Below are positions 61,301-64,000 of a stretch of DNA of 64,000 nucleotides, one piece after another (within the stretch, counting starts at the first letter, position 1; each line of letters starts with the position of its first letter). The notes beneath the pieces were generated by a model that was not told the DNA's origin, searched no databases, and saw only the letters and a list, made by a program, of their open reading frames with translations. Position numbers and translations under genes: made by a program. Origin of the DNA: Psammoneis japonica (Eukaryota). The stretch covers positions 124,001 to 188,000 of the forward strand of contig QPGO01000061.1 of NCBI GenBank assembly GCA_008632985.1, in the 5' to 3' direction.

Positions 61301-64000
61301 GTGGGCTCACAGGAGACAAGAACAGCCCAAGTTGCACGATGTAAAAGGGGAGTTTCTTGATCAACATGTTGGGTGTCCCCCATCATGCGTGGTCCATGCT
61401 TTCACCATGAACACATCACAGGGGTTTTGCGTGCATGTGAGGGGTCTTTGCACATGTCAAGGGAGTGCATGATGCATGACCCCCCACATGCTCTCCCCTC
61501 ACATGCACGCCGATGCGTCACTTGTGCATCATCATGGAACACTGCCAAGTTCCTCTCAAATGTCATTCACATGTCACCAAGTCCTCCCCCCTGCACCATC
61601 ATGACATCACATCTTGTTCCTGCACCAAGCAACAGATGGACACTTGACAGATCAAAAACTGTTTCATTTGAGCTCACCGCCTTTCTCTCACAGTGCAATT
61701 TTTTGAAATTTGGACCAAGCGACCACATGCATGAATCCCCCCCCACTGGCGCCGCTTGATTCAACTGACCTCAAGACAACTGTTTTGTTGTGCAGCATTG
61801 TTGAAAACAGCTGCCACATTTTTAACAGGGACCCCCCGCAAGTCTGCACATTGTCTGCAGCTCCTTTAGCTCCGTGATTGCTGCATGACATTTTTCATCA
61901 CAAAAACAGCAAACCAACCACGGAGATTGTCAAGGCCACACAGCTTCTCATTGCCGCTTTTCCAGCTGTGGTTTCCATGTGTGTGGATGGCCAGTGACCT
62001 TGTGCTGAAGCCACTGCAATCTGGCAGCTTTCTAGGACTCCACAAGTCCAATGTCTCATCTGCCCTCTAAGTCACATCAAATTCCATTGCCCTCCTGGCA
62101 AACAACTGCAGAGGCAAGTGCCACTGCGCTGTTGCTCTGACGGGTGAAGAAATCCAATGCAATTGCTGTGAGGCACAGAATTTTGAAGGGTGTCTTCCTC
62201 AAAGAATTGGGAACATGCATCTCTTCAGCAATGCAAGGGAAAAGGATGGTGTGGCAGTGGTGGAGGCAGCTCAGACATTGTGGGAAGCAGGCCATGTGCA
62301 CAAGAAGAGAACAAAGGCGATGCTTCTCCCAATGCTTCTGGCAACTTAGAAACACGTCACAGTGATTCAGAATCCAAGACTGTTGTTGATGGCGGATCCA
62401 AAGGATTGGGCAAGAAATTGGCAGATTCCTTGATTGCTTCTGCAAATGAGCTGCGGCAGAGCAGCACGTCATTGCATGCCGGCATGCGGCAGGATGATGC
62501 TTGAGAGAGGTTTCTCTGTGTGGGAGTTGCTTGAGCACAGCAATGGCTGTTCACACATGATCACAAGACACCAATGCAATGCTTTGCAGAGTGTTTCAGT
62601 TCGACAATGACGGAGTGGTCAAGTCCATCTGCAAGAACACAACGACTGGTGTGTTGGGTGTTTCTCTGTGCGGGAATTGCTCAAGCACTGCAGCAACTGC
62701 CATTGTGAGACACCAATGCAATGCTCTGCAGAGTCTTTCCATTGGATGCTGCCTCTCCTCTGATGCATGAAGTGAAGTTAACTCCACCATTTCCATTCAA
62801 GGTCCCTCTCAAGCTGAGCTGCCTGCTTCTCACAAAGAGAGAACTGTCTGTCTCCAAATCTCCCAGCAAAAACCAGGTTTTGGGGTGCTTGTAAAAACCA
62901 TCAGGTGTGGGAACTTTGAGATGACTTTTTCAGTGGTGCTCAGGAAGCCGCGGCATTGCCTCTCCTCTGGGGTGTCACTTGCCACCATCGGTGCGCATCC
63001 TGACCCTCACCAACAACACCTTGAAAGTTCCCACACTTCTGCAAGCCACTCTCAAGGTAAGTCTGGAGGCAGTGGTGCTGGCAGTGTCAAACTCTGAAGT
63101 GGGGAATGTGTTGAAAAACTTTCTGCTTGGGTGCCCATCTTCATTCTCATCAGAGAAGTGTGAAGGACACCAAGGGTCACCTGCAACACACTTTTCAAAG
63201 AAGTTGAAGCAGATTCAAAATGACTGGCTCATTGGGAAGGGAGCTCCTGGACTGGCTGGTGGGCCAAAAACCTCAAAGAGTGACCCAATCATGTTGAACT
63301 TGGCAAACCGGCTCTTTCTGAATTGGTGGCTCATGTCCTTGAGAACGGAAGTGTCACTCACCCAAAGGTGTCTGACACCATCAAACTCACCCTTGTCCAT
63401 CAAGCTGAGTGTCTTTGACAGGAGGTTGTCTGGGTCAGCCAGCTCTGCCATTGGCTTCTTAATCAGCTCCTGTTTGTGAAGTGAGAACAGCAAAGTCAAC
63501 AAATTGTCCAGCCTGCAAGTGTTGTTGATGCCAGGATGGTCTCCTTTGCTGGGACATTCCATGGGATGCCTTGGAATGAGGTCACAGCATGCCTGGGTGC
63601 AGTTTTCTTTGATGCTGGTGTCTTTGTTTGATTTTTGTTTGCTTCATGGTGCCTCCTGACTGCTTCTTGCTCAAAGAACAAAGCTTTGCTGCCTCCCCTG
63701 GCCTCTTTTTGGGCGCAAGCTTCTTTTTGGCCTTGCCAGCTGCTTTGTGGTGTCTGGTGCTCTTCCATCATTGGGTTTTTTCCCTTGCTTTCTTTTGCTC
63801 TTGGACTTCTTGTGGCCTGACTGGATGGTTTTGTGAGCTCGCAATGGTGTGAAATTCCCCTTGCCACTGCCTTTCTGTCAAAGACATTTGCATTGCAGAA
63901 CTTGAAAGCATGCAAAACTGCTTCTCCAATGGTCAACTTGGTCTTTGGTGCACTGCGCGGAAACTGTTTCCCAACATTTTCCTGTGCATTTGTGTCTGTG
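55370..64000 (+). mobile_element. Degenerate Plavaka-like DNA transposon, copy 2 (transposase relic about 58050-61215 on +, accessory ORFs on -); right end uncertain
   Basis: LLPIGLCADQTGTDACQGSPLKP...AWRHLGFMP and WLRNAFDGVNFGSNPWG; inverted homology to 13800-17750. Confidence 0.65.
58946..59500 (-). mobile_element. MITE family A, TpA-rich (young) copy
   Basis: Same TIRs as 47078-47626; 4 bp TSD GTTT. The empty site (single GTTT on the minus strand) is present in the paralogous element near 14243. Confidence 0.96.

Noticed and set aside
13100..64000. Hundreds of 60-240 aa Cys/His-rich ORFs in the ORF track
   Set aside because: They overlap in all frames, lack domains and are by-products of TAA/TAG depletion in dead repeats.

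Overview
Eukaryotic genomic DNA, most likely from a diatom. This is an inference from the GT-AG introns, the bipartite signal+transit peptides and the CoDi-type Ty1/copia elements. Four small gene islands alternate with large nested transposon blocks. The islands carry a crotonase, a nitronate monooxygenase-family enzyme, a DEAD-box helicase, a GT7-GT7-sulfotransferase-like fusion, a CHST-type sulfotransferase, TspO and a CoA-binding protein. The transposon blocks hold a full-length Ty3/Gypsy, several Ty1/copia relics, two inverted Plavaka-like copies, an IS630/Tc1 relic and a MITE group with GACGYGTTCCAG ends. The standout signal is a repeat-associated, strongly directional hypermutation of TpA to TpG/CpA, i.e. 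A->G at TpA on both strands, the mirror image of fungal RIP. It shows up (i) as about 40 TA->TG/CA changes versus 0 reverse changes between two copies of one MITE, (ii) as conserved Tyr residues turned into Cys/His in retro- and DNA transposons alike, and (iii) as spill-over into neighbouring host genes. It prefers 5'-TAY and appears to spare TACG. All counts are manual, and all family assignments come from motif recognition, not database searches.
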